64,000 nt of DNA, taken from the NCBI GenBank assembly GCA_024227565.1, contig JAAEUE010000333.1, forward strand, positions 10,893-74,892, written 5' to 3'. The position numbers were made by a program, and so were the translations under genes. This DNA comes from Alphaproteobacteria bacterium (lineage in GTDB: Bacteria > Pseudomonadota > Alphaproteobacteria > Rhizobiales > CAJQND01). The notes under the pieces were generated by a model, which made no database searches, had not been told where the DNA came from, and saw nothing but the letters and a program-made list of their open reading frames with translations. Positions 52,125 through 61,796 of this stretch are shown here, piece by piece; position 1 is the first letter of the stretch, and the number at the start of each line of letters is the position of its first letter.

Positions 52125-52155
52125 GTCGCTTGAAAAAATCGAAACCTTGGCGTGT

Positions 52156-52740
52156 TTATTTGGTGAAGAGCTGGCGTGCGGTTGTCTTGAGGGAACCTAC
52201 ATACTCTTCCTGAGACCAGCCGCACTCCTGGGTCAGTTGTTCCCAGTTGCGCACCGATAACAAGGTCCAAAGCAGGTCGCTGGCCTGCTTGGGCGTGTGG
52301 CGAGCCGAAAGCTCACCGTCCGTTTGCAAGGCATCTATGGCTGCTTCGCAGCCCTCGCGCATGTCCTGCATGCGCTGTGCCCAGGCTTCGGCCGCCGCTT
52401 CGTCTGTATCGCTCATCGCCAGTATGGCCTTGGCCATGCCGTAGATTTCCGGAATGTAGGAGCCCCAGGCTTCGATATAGGCATCCAGGCGGTCCAGGCC
52501 GCTGGTTGCATTGCGGCTGGCGGCCAGCCGGGCGTCGCTGCCTTTTATCTCATCAAGATAGAACGTGGTGGCAATCAGCAGGTCCGCTCTGGTGGCGAAG
52601 TGCAGATAGAGCGCCTGGCGGCTGATGCCGGCCTGCTTGGCAATATCGGCCATGCGCACCTTTTCACCCTGGCCGTTTTCCAGAAGGTTCAAGGTTGTTT
52701 GAAGAATGCGGGTTCGGGTATCTGGGTTTTCACTTGACAT
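52156..52740 (-). CDS. TetR/AcrR family transcriptional regulator
   Basis: TRTRIL...RMADIAKQAGISRQALYLHF HTH. Confidence 0.92.
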   Translation of the reverse strand: MSSENPDTRTRILQTTLNLLENGQGEKVRMADIAKQAGISRQALYLHFATRADLLIATTFYLDEIKGSDARLAASRNATSGLDRLDAYIEAWGSYIPEIYGMAKAILAMSDTDEAAAEAWAQRMQDMREGCEAAIDALQTDGELSARHTPKQASDLLWTLLSVRNWEQLTQECGWSQEEYVGSLKTTARQLFTK

Positions 52741-52789
52741 GGTGTCAATTACCAACTACTTGACATCATGTCAATTGACACGGTGTCAA
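52734..52789. promoter_or_regulatory. Three TTGACA-N3-TGTCAA palindromic operators in the TetR divergon
   Basis: Copies at 52734-52748, 52760-52774 and 52775-52789. Confidence 0.85.
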
Positions 52790-52806
52790 GTGAATTGGAG
52801 AAAACT

Positions 52807-53436
52807 ATGAAACTGATTATCTTTGGAGCGACCGGAACCGTGGGACGTCAGCTTGCTGAACAGGCCTTGTCTGAGAACCACCAAGTCACAGTCTTTGTGC
52901 GCAATCCTGCCAAGTTCGGAGCGCCGCACCCTAATCTGCGCGTGATGAAAGGGGATGTGCTGGATCCTGCTGCTGTTCGCCAAGCGGTTGTGGGGCATGA
53001 TGTCGTGCTGTGTGCGTTGGGCAGGCCGCTGATGAACAAGGAACAACTGCGCACAAAGGGCACACAAAACATCGTTCAAGCCATGCAGCAAACCGGCGTA
53101 CAGCGACTGATTTGTCTTTCAGCACTGGGCGCAGCAGAGAGCAGGGCGCTATTGCCGATGCGCTACACGCATCTGCTGATCCCTCTGTTCATGCGCCGGC
53201 TCTATGCCGATCATGAGCAGCAGGAAGCTTGCATCCGGGGGAGCGGGTTGGACTGGGTGATCGTGCGCCCCAGCAACTTTTTGGAGGGTCCAAGAACCGG
53301 TGCATACCGGCATGGCTTCAACCGGTTGGACAAATCCTGGAAGCTCAAGATTCCAACAGGCGACGTGGCGGACTTCATGCTGAAGCAGCTGACCGACAAC
53401 ACATATCTGCGCAGCGCCCCAGCTCTGTCCTGTTGA
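52807..53436 (+). CDS. NAD(P)H-binding atypical SDR (flavin/biliverdin reductase B-like)
   Basis: GATGTVG, VRNP.K, GDV.D, DW..VRP and DVA.FML. Confidence 0.88.
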   Translation: MKLIIFGATGTVGRQLAEQALSENHQVTVFVRNPAKFGAPHPNLRVMKGDVLDPAAVRQAVVGHDVVLCALGRPLMNKEQLRTKGTQNIVQAMQQTGVQRLICLSALGAAESRALLPMRYTHLLIPLFMRRLYADHEQQEACIRGSGLDWVIVRPSNFLEGPRTGAYRHGFNRLDKSWKLKIPTGDVADFMLKQLTDNTYLRSAPALSC

Positions 53437-53462
53437 TCCGAGCACAACCCTAGGAGAGTGAA

Positions 53463-53960
53463 ATGACCATATTCTGGCTTCTGATCGTTCTGCATGTGGC
53501 CATCGTGGCCTGCGGACTTGTGGCGGGTGTCTTTCTGACCTTTTCCGATTTCGTGATGAAGTCGCTCGTGGCCACCCAAGGGCCGGGTGGCATCGAGGCC
53601 ATGCAGATCATCAACCGCAAGGTGATGCCCACTGTATTTATGGTTCTGCTTCTAGGCATGTCGGCGTTGGCGCCTGTGCTTGGCCTCTATGCCTATATGG
53701 CGGTGCCGGCATCTGCATCCGGATGGATCATTGCCGGCTGTTTTGCCTACATAATTGGCGTCTTCATGGTAACCGCGGTGTTCAATGTGCCCATGAACCA
53801 ACAGCTTGAAGGATTGGACAACACCACAGCTGCAGCGGCTGAATATTGGCAGCACTACGTGCCTAGGTGGAGCATGTGGAACCCCGTCCGTACGGCTGCC
53901 GCGGCCGCTGCGGCAGTTTGCCTTCTGGTTGGGTCAAGCCGTTTGGCTGGTGCCATATAG
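53463..53960 (+). CDS. DUF1772 / anthrone oxygenase-like membrane protein
   Basis: AGVF..FS.FVM, AMQ.IN, NVP.N..L and W..Y...W..WN.VR. Confidence 0.85.
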   Translation: MTIFWLLIVLHVAIVACGLVAGVFLTFSDFVMKSLVATQGPGGIEAMQIINRKVMPTVFMVLLLGMSALAPVLGLYAYMAVPASASGWIIAGCFAYIIGVFMVTAVFNVPMNQQLEGLDNTTAAAAEYWQHYVPRWSMWNPVRTAAAAAAAVCLLVGSSRLAGAI

Positions 53961-54695
53961 TTGGATGGCTGAACTCACCTTGCCGGCCAGCGCCCTTAGA
54001 TCGGCCCCCATCTTGGCACGGTAGTCTGGCGTAAAGCGCCGGATGGGACCGATGGCGCCGACGCTGAAGGTGGCGCCAACATTTCCGATCACCACCGGGG
54101 CGGCAACACTGGAGACGCCGATCTCAATCTCCTCCACACATTCCGCATAGCCCTGGGCCTGGATGGCGCAGAACTCTTTGCGCAAGGCCACCTCGTCCGT
54201 GTGGGTGTGGTCCGTGTAGGTCTTCATTGGACCTTTCAGAATGTCTTCGCGAAAGTCCTCTTCGGCAAACGCGGCAATGGCCTTTGAGCACGAGCAGGCA
54301 TGCATGGGGCGAAAGCCTAAGCCGGGATGAATGAAGGACCGCGTCTTGTCCGCCGGGGTTTCCACATGGATGATCTCCACTCCCTTGTTACGGAAGCGCG
54401 AGAGGAATACCGCCTCGCCGCAGACAACCGCTGCCTCAGCCAACGATGGGGCAGCGGCCTGGCACACATCCACATCGGTCTTGCCCAAAAGCGCAATGCG
54501 GATCAGGCGTTCCCCCACCAGATAGCGGGAGTTTCCGTTTGGGTCATCCAGCAGGCGATGCTCGGCCAAAGTTTGCAAAAGACGGTAGCAGGTGGGCCGC
54601 GGCAAGCTCGTGGCCTGCTGCAATTCAGAGGCTGAAACAGGGCGCCCCGCCACAGCCACTGTCTCAAGTACCGATATTAATCTGCCCAAATGCAT
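53934..54695 (-). CDS. IclR family transcriptional regulator
   Basis: N-terminal HTH LPRPTCYRLLQTL, P.HA...KA and GYA...EE...GV.SVAAP. Confidence 0.9.
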   Translation of the reverse strand: MHLGRLISVLETVAVAGRPVSASELQQATSLPRPTCYRLLQTLAEHRLLDDPNGNSRYLVGERLIRIALLGKTDVDVCQAAAPSLAEAAVVCGEAVFLSRFRNKGVEIIHVETPADKTRSFIHPGLGFRPMHACSCSKAIAAFAEEDFREDILKGPMKTYTDHTHTDEVALRKEFCAIQAQGYAECVEEIEIGVSSVAAPVVIGNVGATFSVGAIGPIRRFTPDYRAKMGADLRALAGKVSSAIQLYGTSQTA

Positions 54696-54791
54696 AATTT
54701 CTCACTTTACAGACATTTGTCTCACCGTTTAAGAAGTTCTGGACGATTAATCAAGGGCCACGGTTAGAGTGGCACCCTGAGGGAACACGCT

Positions 54792-55103
54792 GTGACGAGC
54801 CACAAGGTCAATTTTGATGCCCTTGCATGGGAAAGCCCTATGCCTGGCGTGCGCCATAAGGTGCAAACCGTTGGAAGCCAGAAGTTGCGGCTGGTGGAAT
54901 ACTCAGCCGACATGGAGCCTCACTGGTGCTCGGTTGGTCATTTCGGACACATCATTTCGGGACGTTTTGAGATCACATTTGATAACGGCACGGAGGTTTT
55001 TGAGCCTGGCGATGGCGTTGTGATCCCTGACGGGGAGGCTCACCGCCATGTGGCCAAGGCCCTGACCGACACGGTTCAGGCGTTGTTCGTGGAACAGGCT
55101 TAG
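54792..55103 (+). CDS. Cupin domain protein
   Basis: HWC..GH.G, G.F and PGD...IP.G..HRH. Confidence 0.75.
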   Translation: MTSHKVNFDALAWESPMPGVRHKVQTVGSQKLRLVEYSADMEPHWCSVGHFGHIISGRFEITFDNGTEVFEPGDGVVIPDGEAHRHVAKALTDTVQALFVEQA

Positions 55104-55137
55104 GCGCCGCTGATTCAAGCAAGGACGGAACCATTTC

Positions 55138-56499
55138 ATGAGCATGAACGGTAACGAATGCTGCGGCCCTGGATATGCCTCGCCGGCGGAAGCTATGAAG
55201 GCACCCCGCGAGAAGATCTTGTACACCGTCGCGCTCTACATCGGCACCGGCATCCAAAAGCCGGACTATCTGGCCACCATCGATGCAGATCCCGACAGCC
55301 CAACCTACTCGCAAGTGATCAGCCGGCTGGAGATGCCGGGCATTGGTGATGAGCTGCACCATATGGGCTGGAACGCCTGCTCTTCGTGCCATGACGATGC
55401 CAGCAAGGAACGGCGCTACCTCATTGTTCCAGGCGTGCGCAGCTCCAATCTGCATATTGTAGACTGTGTCACCGACCCCAAGGCGCCGCGGTTGCACAGG
55501 GTGATCGACGGCGACGAGATCAAAGCCAAGACAGATCTATCGGCGCCCCACACCGTGCACTGCCTTGGGTCAGACATCATCATCTCCATGCTGGGCAACG
55601 CCAAGGGAGAGGCACCGGGCGGTTTTCTGCATCTCAATGAGGATTTTGAGATTGTGGGCCGCTGGGAGAACGATCTGGGCGGCATGAAGTTCAACTATGA
55701 CTTCTGGTATCAGCCGCGCCACAACGTGATGGTCTCCTCAGAATGGGCCGCGCCGAACACCTTCATGCCAGGCTTCGATCTGGAAGAGGTGGGGCTGCTG
55801 AAATATGGCCGCGAGCTTCATTTCTGGAACTTTGAGGAAAAGCGCGTCGACCAGACCTTCTATCTCGGCGAAGATGGCCTAGGGCCGTTGGAAGTGCGCT
55901 TCCATCACGACCCTGATTCAAGCCACGGCTTTGTAGGTGCGGCGCTCTCATCCAACATCATCCACTGGCATAAGGAAAACGGCGATTGGATCTGGGAGAA
56001 GATCATTGACGTGGAAAATGAGCCCCACCCGGAGTGGCCCATTCCTGTGCCGGGCCTGATCAGCGTGATCTTGCTCTCCATGGATGACCGTTTCTTGTAT
56101 TTTTGCAATTGGCTCCACGGAGACATTCGCCAGTATGACATCACCGATCCGCGTAAGCCGAAGTTCACGGGCCAAGTCTGGATGGGCGGCTTGTTGGGCA
56201 AGGCGCCGGAGGTGAACGGACACAAGATCACCGGCGGCCCACAAATGATCCAGCTCTCGCTCGATGGCAAACGGCTCTATGTGACCACCTCATTGTTCTC
56301 CACCTGGGACAATCAGTTTTATCCGGAGATCCGCGAAAACGGCGGCTGCATGGTTATGGTGGATTGCGACACAGAGAAAGGCGGCATGTCGATCAATCCA
56401 GAGTTCTTCGTGAACTTCGGAAACGAGCCGCACGGCCCCGCCCGCTGCCACGAGACCCGTTATCCCGGAGGCGATTGCACCTCAGACATTTGGGTATGA
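55138..56499 (+). CDS. Selenium-binding protein SBP56 / SELENBP1 (methanethiol oxidase-like)
   Basis: CGPGYASP, DELHH.GWNACSSC, YDFWYQPRHNVM.SSEW, NWLHGDIRQYDI, GPQM.QLSLDGKRLY and GGDCTSDIW. Confidence 0.92.
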   Translation: MSMNGNECCGPGYASPAEAMKAPREKILYTVALYIGTGIQKPDYLATIDADPDSPTYSQVISRLEMPGIGDELHHMGWNACSSCHDDASKERRYLIVPGVRSSNLHIVDCVTDPKAPRLHRVIDGDEIKAKTDLSAPHTVHCLGSDIIISMLGNAKGEAPGGFLHLNEDFEIVGRWENDLGGMKFNYDFWYQPRHNVMVSSEWAAPNTFMPGFDLEEVGLLKYGRELHFWNFEEKRVDQTFYLGEDGLGPLEVRFHHDPDSSHGFVGAALSSNIIHWHKENGDWIWEKIIDVENEPHPEWPIPVPGLISVILLSMDDRFLYFCNWLHGDIRQYDITDPRKPKFTGQVWMGGLLGKAPEVNGHKITGGPQMIQLSLDGKRLYVTTSLFSTWDNQFYPEIRENGGCMVMVDCDTEKGGMSINPEFFVNFGNEPHGPARCHETRYPGGDCTSDIWV

Positions 56500-56505
56500 T
56501 CTGAT

Positions 56506-56889
56506 ATGGCCGAACCCTTCACCATCACCCTGGCAAACCGCGATGGCCAGTGCCTTGAAGCCCATGGCGATGAAGTGCTGCTGGATGCCCTGGAGGAACA
56601 GGGCGTCTCGTTGCCCTATGGCTGCCGTTATGGCGGCTGCATCTCGTGCGCGGCAAAGATGTTGAGCGGCGAGGTTGATCAGTCTGAAGGCGTTGCCTTG
56701 AACGGCCGCCAGTTGAACGATGGCTACGTGCTGTTGTGTGTGGCCAAACCTTTGAGCGATTGCACCTTTGAAATTGGTGTTGAAAGCCACGACAAGCTCT
56801 ACCGCAATCCTTTCCAAAATCCGCTTCGCCCAGATGAGCTGAAGCCCGACCTCCAACCTGCGCCAAAAACCCCGGAGCATGCGCCATGA
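56506..56889 (+). CDS. Plant-type [2Fe-2S] ferredoxin
   Basis: LPYGCRYGGCISC...LLCVA.P.SD. Confidence 0.9.
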   Translation: MAEPFTITLANRDGQCLEAHGDEVLLDALEEQGVSLPYGCRYGGCISCAAKMLSGEVDQSEGVALNGRQLNDGYVLLCVAKPLSDCTFEIGVESHDKLYRNPFQNPLRPDELKPDLQPAPKTPEHAP

Positions 56890-57344
56890 CCCAGGCTGTC
56901 ATCCACGATGATTATTCCCAGGACTATCTCGCCACCATCCTCAAAGAGGTGAAAACCATCGCCATGGTTGGCGCCAGTTCCGACCCCACCAAATTCAGCT
57001 ACGGTGTGCTGCGCGTGCTGCACGAAACCGGTTACAACATGATCCCTGTGAACCCTAGAGAGGCAGGTGGAGAAATCCGCGGCCTTCCCGTGGCGGGCAG
57101 CCTCAAGGAGATCGATCAACCGGTGGACATGGTCCAGGTGTTCCGCACCTCAGAAGCCGCCTATGGGGTGACCGAGGAGGCCATCGACATCGGCGCCAAG
57201 GTGGTGTGGATGCAAATTGGCGTGCGCAACGATGAGGCCGCAGCCCTTGCAGAAGCGGCCGGTCTCAAAGTGGTGATGAACCGCTGCCCGAAGATCGAGC
57301 TCTTCCGCCCCTTCTGGAAGCCCCGGCTTAACCAGGAAATCTAG
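56886..57344 (+). CDS. CoA-binding protein (YccU family)
   Basis: IAMVGAS, PVNP, VDMV.VFR, WMQ.G and VMNRCPKIE. Confidence 0.9.
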   Translation: MTQAVIHDDYSQDYLATILKEVKTIAMVGASSDPTKFSYGVLRVLHETGYNMIPVNPREAGGEIRGLPVAGSLKEIDQPVDMVQVFRTSEAAYGVTEEAIDIGAKVVWMQIGVRNDEAAALAEAAGLKVVMNRCPKIELFRPFWKPRLNQEI

Positions 57345-57382
57345 CCCAGCAGGCCCTCGCGCCAAGACCGTCCAACGAGCGG

Positions 57383-57408
57383 GCAATTCGCAAAGCGGAT
57401 TGCTTTGT
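57383..57408 (+). terminator. Probable intrinsic terminator of the SBP56 operon
   Basis: GCAATTCGC-AAA-GCGGATTGC followed by TTTGT. Confidence 0.5.
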
Positions 57409-57454
57409 GCTATTGTGTTTTTCGCACACGCAAGAGCCCGAAAGGGGCGAAGCG

Positions 57455-57622
57455 GTGAGTGAGAGACCTCAAACGCTGCCGTTTTGGATCGGCCGTCTTC
57501 TCTGCCGAATGGGTCTGCACGATTTTCATTTGATCGAAGTGGTGACGGGTTTCGGAGAGGGCGGCCAAGTAGAAAAGCACCAGTGCAGTCGCTGCGGGCG
57601 CATCGCCACTCGGCGTGGATGA
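57455..57622 (+). CDS. Small Cys/His zinc-ribbon-like hypothetical protein
   Basis: LLCRMGLHDF...CSRCG pattern. GTG start at 57455. Confidence 0.5.
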   Translation: MSERPQTLPFWIGRLLCRMGLHDFHLIEVVTGFGEGGQVEKHQCSRCGRIATRRG

Positions 57623-57683
57623 GGTGGTTTAAGCGGCCAGAGTTCAGCGCATGAGCTCCGGCCGCCTTGTTTTGTGCCCTGTG

Positions 57684-60600
57684 TCAGACGAAGTCGAAAA
57701 ATCCCGAGCTGAATTCGGTGTTGTCAATTCCTCTGATGAGAATGGTGAGGCCTCCAACAGTGACCTGACTATCTGCGCCGAGGTCCGTGTATCCGTTCAG
57801 AATTTGCGCCTCGGTGATGCCCCAGCCGGTCAGATCAATGTGGTCGCCCTCGGTGGGGTCCACATCGAACAGTTGGGCAAACTGCGAGGCCCCGCCGCCA
57901 TAGTCGATGAACTCAAATGAATCCAACCCAAGACCGCCAGTGGCCTGCACTGACGCTCCGTTGAAGATGAGAGTATCATCCCCATCGCCTCCAACAATGT
58001 TATCTGTGAGACCTGCGGTTACCAGTCCACTTGTGATGGTGTCATTGCCCGCTCCACCATTCAGGTTGTCGCGCGCGGCACTGCCGACAAGCGTGTCGTT
58101 CCCGCCAAATGCAATAACATTCTCAATGTTGGTTACAGTCGAAACCGCGTCAGTCCCCACCTGCAGGTTGTCGACCGCCAAGCTGAGATCAATCGTGATG
58201 TCTTCGGACGTCACGACAAAAAGGCCGTCATTGAGACCGCTTCCGCCGTCTATATTGTCCCCGCCACCATCGCCAATGAAGATGTTGTCGTCTCCAGCAC
58301 CGGTGTTGACGGTATCCATGCCGGTCGAAACCTCGAAGCGGTCGTTGGCCGCGGTGCCCGTCAGCGTGTCATCGCCGGAACCGGTGCGGATCACCTCAAA
58401 GCCCACAACATCGCCTGACAGGCCGTCAACTGTGGCGTGGTCCATCGCCAGGGTCAGGTCCACGGTTACGTCCGACGTGGTGTTGAACCGGACACTGTCG
58501 AAGGTGCCGGCACCACCGTTAACATCATTGCCACCTGCAAACAGATCCACATTGTCGTTGCCATCAAGCAACGTGACCATGTTACCCGTGCCGGCCACAG
58601 AAATGTTATTGGAGGTGTTTGTGCCACTAATAGTCGCACCTCCAGCGCCGAAGATTTGGGCCCCTTCGAAGTTCACAAATGTACCGCTACCAACACCAAC
58701 GACCAATGTTGCAAGTCCGGTTGCGAGATCCAGGTTGACGCTTACGCCGGTGTTGAACTGAATTGTATCAACGTCATCTCCTCCATCGGCAAAGTCGTTG
58801 TTCAAATCGCCCAGCGAAACAAAATCGCTACCGGCGCGTCCGAAGATCGTGTCGTCGCCAGTGCCCGAGGCGATGAAGTCGTTGCCCCCGCCGCCGTCGA
58901 TTACATTGTCACCGGCATCGCCAATAAGCGCGTCGTTTCCTGTGCCCCCGGTGATATTCTCGATATCCGAAAGCATTGTTCCAGCCACGCCATCAACATC
59001 GTAGCCTCCGGCGTTCAAATTCGCGAAGACATCTAGGCTTGTTGCAAATCTAAGTTCATCGGTTCCGTTGCCGCCATTGATGGAATCGAGGCTGTCATTG
59101 ATGATGATTATGTCATCACCGTCTCGCGCATCAATCGTGTCGGCTCCGCCGCGGGCGAGGATCAAGTTGTTTCCATCGCTGCCGGTGATGTTTGTGTCAC
59201 CAGATTGGTCGTCGATGTTCTCGATGCTGGTCAACGAAATGTTGTTGCTTCCAAGGGCGGTGGAGCTGGCCAGTCCCAGGTTCAAATTCACCGTGACGTC
59301 GCCGGGCGTGTTGCGGAACTGGACCGTGTCGTTCCCCGCTTCACCATCAATCGCATCACCGTCGATTTCGTCAACAATGATCAGGTCGTCATCGTCGCCG
59401 CCTTTGATATTGTCGATCCCGGCATCGCCGTTGAGCACATCGTTGCCAGCGCCTCCAAGCACGGTGTCGTTGCCATCGCCAGCTGCAATCGTGTCATTGC
59501 CCCCTTCGCCGGCAATATGATTGTTTGCTCCATCTCCGGCGATCTGGTCATTGCCGGCGCCGGTTATGAGCCCCTCAATTGAGCTCACTGTTCCCATGGT
59601 TCCGAGGATATCGGTTGTGCCGGCAACCAGATTCACCGTCACATCGTTGCTGGTGGCGAAGATGACGTCGTCGAACCCGGCCCCACCATCAATCATGTCG
59701 CCAACGCCGTTGACGCTGATGGTGTCGTCGCCATCAAGCCCGTTGATTGTGTTGGTGCCACCATTGCCGGTCAGGCCGTTGCGCACATTGGTGCCGATGA
59801 TCGTCGCGCCGCCACCCATGCTGGCAACCGCTTCGAAGTTGGTGTACGTGCCCGTGTCGCCGGGGTTGCCCACGACGCTTGCCGCGCCAGTTGTGAGGTT
59901 GATGTTGACGCCTGCTCCGAAGTTGAAGATCAGGGTGTCGAAATCGGCCCCGCCGTCAGCGTTGTCACCGTTCAGGTCTTCGACGAACACCTGGTCGCCG
60001 TCGTCACCGCCCTGAACAATATCCGTGCCGGTTTCCGCGAATAGGCGGTTAAAGCCGTTGCCGCCATCCAGATTGTCGTTGCCTTGGCCGCCAAACAGGT
60101 CGTCGTCACCGTCGCCCGCGCGCAGAACATCGTTGCCGAGTCCACCAATAATTATGTTGTTGCCGCTGCCGCCATTTAGGAAGTTGCTATTGGCATCACC
60201 GGTGATGGTGTCGTTGCCTTCGTTTGTGACAACATTTTCAACGGCAGCCACCGTGCCGACGCCGCCGGCAGAGGTGATTAAGGTGCCCGCGTCCAGGTTA
60301 ACCTCCAAGTCCACGAGCGGACCACTGCTGAACCGCAATATGTCGGTATCCGCGCCGCCATCAACCATGTTGCTGCCATCGCCGACGATGATGTCATCGC
60401 TGCCCGCCATGCCAAACACGATGTTGTCACCCGCGTGAACGTAGAGTCGGTTGCCTACGCCATTGCCTGTGACGTTGTCATTCCCATCGCCCGTGATGAC
60501 GCTGTTAAAATTGGAAATCGTGCTCGTGCCCAAGCCGGCAAGGCTGGCGTCACCTGTCGTCAAATTGACCGTAGCGACCGCCGCGCCGGCCCGCGCGACC

Positions 60601-61796
60601 AAGAAGTTGTCGCCGGTGCCTCCGTTTAGCGTGTCGGTTCCAGCGGAAACGTAGACCTGATCGTTGCCCGTGCCGGTGTTGATCACATTGTCCGCAGCAT
60701 CCCCGGTTATGACGTCGTTGCCGCCGCCCGTTGTTACGTTCTCAATGCCGGTGACCGTGCCCGAAGCGCCGCCGATAATGGTCTGGCCGTTATCCAGGTT
60801 GATATTGGCGTCGAGGTTGGATGAGACTTGGAGTTCGTCAATGCCTGCACCGCCATCGATGGCATCCCCGCCATCTGCGACGATGATCGTGTCATCGTCA
60901 TCACCCCCGTTTAAGGTGTCTGCCCCAGTCCCGCCGTTCAGAACGTCGTTGCCCGCATCCCCATTGATGATGTCATCGAGCGTGCCGCCGGTGACCGTAT
61001 CGTTGCCGGTGCCTGCGTTGAACGCGGTGCCCACCACATACCCGGCCGCAGCGGCCGCTGCCGCATCGTTGGCCAGTATCACCGTGTCATCGCCGCCAAG
61101 CCCGTCATACTGGGTTCCATCCTCATAGGTGCCGGCGATAACCGTGTTGAAGTCGAACGTGTCGTTGTTCTCCGTGAACAGGCCGGGCAATGAGGTGAGT
61201 TCCACCTCGATCTGCTCAAACCGCCAAACTTTCAGATTGATCGAAAAGCTCAAACCAAAGGTGGAAAAATCGAACCCGCCACTGCTGCCCACGTGGGCGT
61301 TGAATGCGGCAAACACGCCGGCTGTGGTCATCTCGTTGACTTGGGCTTGGGTCAGGCGCAGGCGCAGGGTGTCGTTGCCACTGCCGCCGGAGAAATAGTT
61401 CTGAGCGCCGGAGTTCTCATCCACGTCGAAGATGACGATGTCATTGCCGCTGCCCGCTGAGATGACATCGCAACCCTCGCCACCGTCGATGATGTCGTCG
61501 CCCTTGCCGCCGAAGATCAGATCGTTGCCCGCACCGCCGTTGATCGTGTCGTCACCCCGACCGCCGAATATCAGATCGTGGCCGTCCCCGCCATCTACGG
61601 TGTCGTCACCGTTCCCGGCAAACACCACATCATTGCCATCGCCCGCATCAATGGTGTCGTCCCCTCTGCCAGAGAAGATCAAGTCGTTGCCATCACCGGC
61701 ATTGATAGTGTCTGCGCCGTTGCCTGAAATGATCAGATCGTTGTTTGCTGTGCCGTCTAGATCGTCTGCCCCGTTGGTGCCGATAACAATTGCCAT
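57684..61796 (-). CDS. Large RTX (haemolysin-type Ca2+-binding repeat) protein, probable type I secretion substrate
   Basis: Dozens of GGxGxDxLx nonapeptides, Gly/Asp/Asn-rich, no Sec signal, aromatic C-terminus (FFDFV). GGGAG RBS. Confidence 0.9.
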   Translation of the reverse strand: MAIVIGTNGADDLDGTANNDLIISGNGADTINAGDGNDLIFSGRGDDTIDAGDGNDVVFAGNGDDTVDGGDGHDLIFGGRGDDTINGGAGNDLIFGGKGDDIIDGGEGCDVISAGSGNDIVIFDVDENSGAQNYFSGGSGNDTLRLRLTQAQVNEMTTAGVFAAFNAHVGSSGGFDFSTFGLSFSINLKVWRFEQIEVELTSLPGLFTENNDTFDFNTVIAGTYEDGTQYDGLGGDDTVILANDAAAAAAAGYVVGTAFNAGTGNDTVTGGTLDDIINGDAGNDVLNGGTGADTLNGGDDDDTIIVADGGDAIDGGAGIDELQVSSNLDANINLDNGQTIIGGASGTVTGIENVTTGGGNDVITGDAADNVINTGTGNDQVYVSAGTDTLNGGTGDNFLVARAGAAVATVNLTTGDASLAGLGTSTISNFNSVITGDGNDNVTGNGVGNRLYVHAGDNIVFGMAGSDDIIVGDGSNMVDGGADTDILRFSSGPLVDLEVNLDAGTLITSAGGVGTVAAVENVVTNEGNDTITGDANSNFLNGGSGNNIIIGGLGNDVLRAGDGDDDLFGGQGNDNLDGGNGFNRLFAETGTDIVQGGDDGDQVFVEDLNGDNADGGADFDTLIFNFGAGVNINLTTGAASVVGNPGDTGTYTNFEAVASMGGGATIIGTNVRNGLTGNGGTNTINGLDGDDTISVNGVGDMIDGGAGFDDVIFATSNDVTVNLVAGTTDILGTMGTVSSIEGLITGAGNDQIAGDGANNHIAGEGGNDTIAAGDGNDTVLGGAGNDVLNGDAGIDNIKGGDDDDLIIVDEIDGDAIDGEAGNDTVQFRNTPGDVTVNLNLGLASSTALGSNNISLTSIENIDDQSGDTNITGSDGNNLILARGGADTIDARDGDDIIIINDSLDSINGGNGTDELRFATSLDVFANLNAGGYDVDGVAGTMLSDIENITGGTGNDALIGDAGDNVIDGGGGNDFIASGTGDDTIFGRAGSDFVSLGDLNNDFADGGDDVDTIQFNTGVSVNLDLATGLATLVVGVGSGTFVNFEGAQIFGAGGATISGTNTSNNISVAGTGNMVTLLDGNDNVDLFAGGNDVNGGAGTFDSVRFNTTSDVTVDLTLAMDHATVDGLSGDVVGFEVIRTGSGDDTLTGTAANDRFEVSTGMDTVNTGAGDDNIFIGDGGGDNIDGGSGLNDGLFVVTSEDITIDLSLAVDNLQVGTDAVSTVTNIENVIAFGGNDTLVGSAARDNLNGGAGNDTITSGLVTAGLTDNIVGGDGDDTLIFNGASVQATGGLGLDSFEFIDYGGGASQFAQLFDVDPTEGDHIDLTGWGITEAQILNGYTDLGADSQVTVGGLTILIRGIDNTEFSSGFFDFV
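61385..61775 (-). repeat. Tandem 9/18-aa RTX repeats at the N-terminus of the RTX protein
   Basis: GNGADTINAGDGNDLIFS / GRGDDTIDAGDGNDVVFA / GNGDDTVDGGDGHDLIFG and further copies (54-bp period). Confidence 0.85.

Noticed and set aside
61385-61775. Periodic DNA repeats that might suggest a CRISPR array
   Set aside because: They are degenerate, in-frame 27/54-bp coding repeats with no unique spacers and no cas genes.
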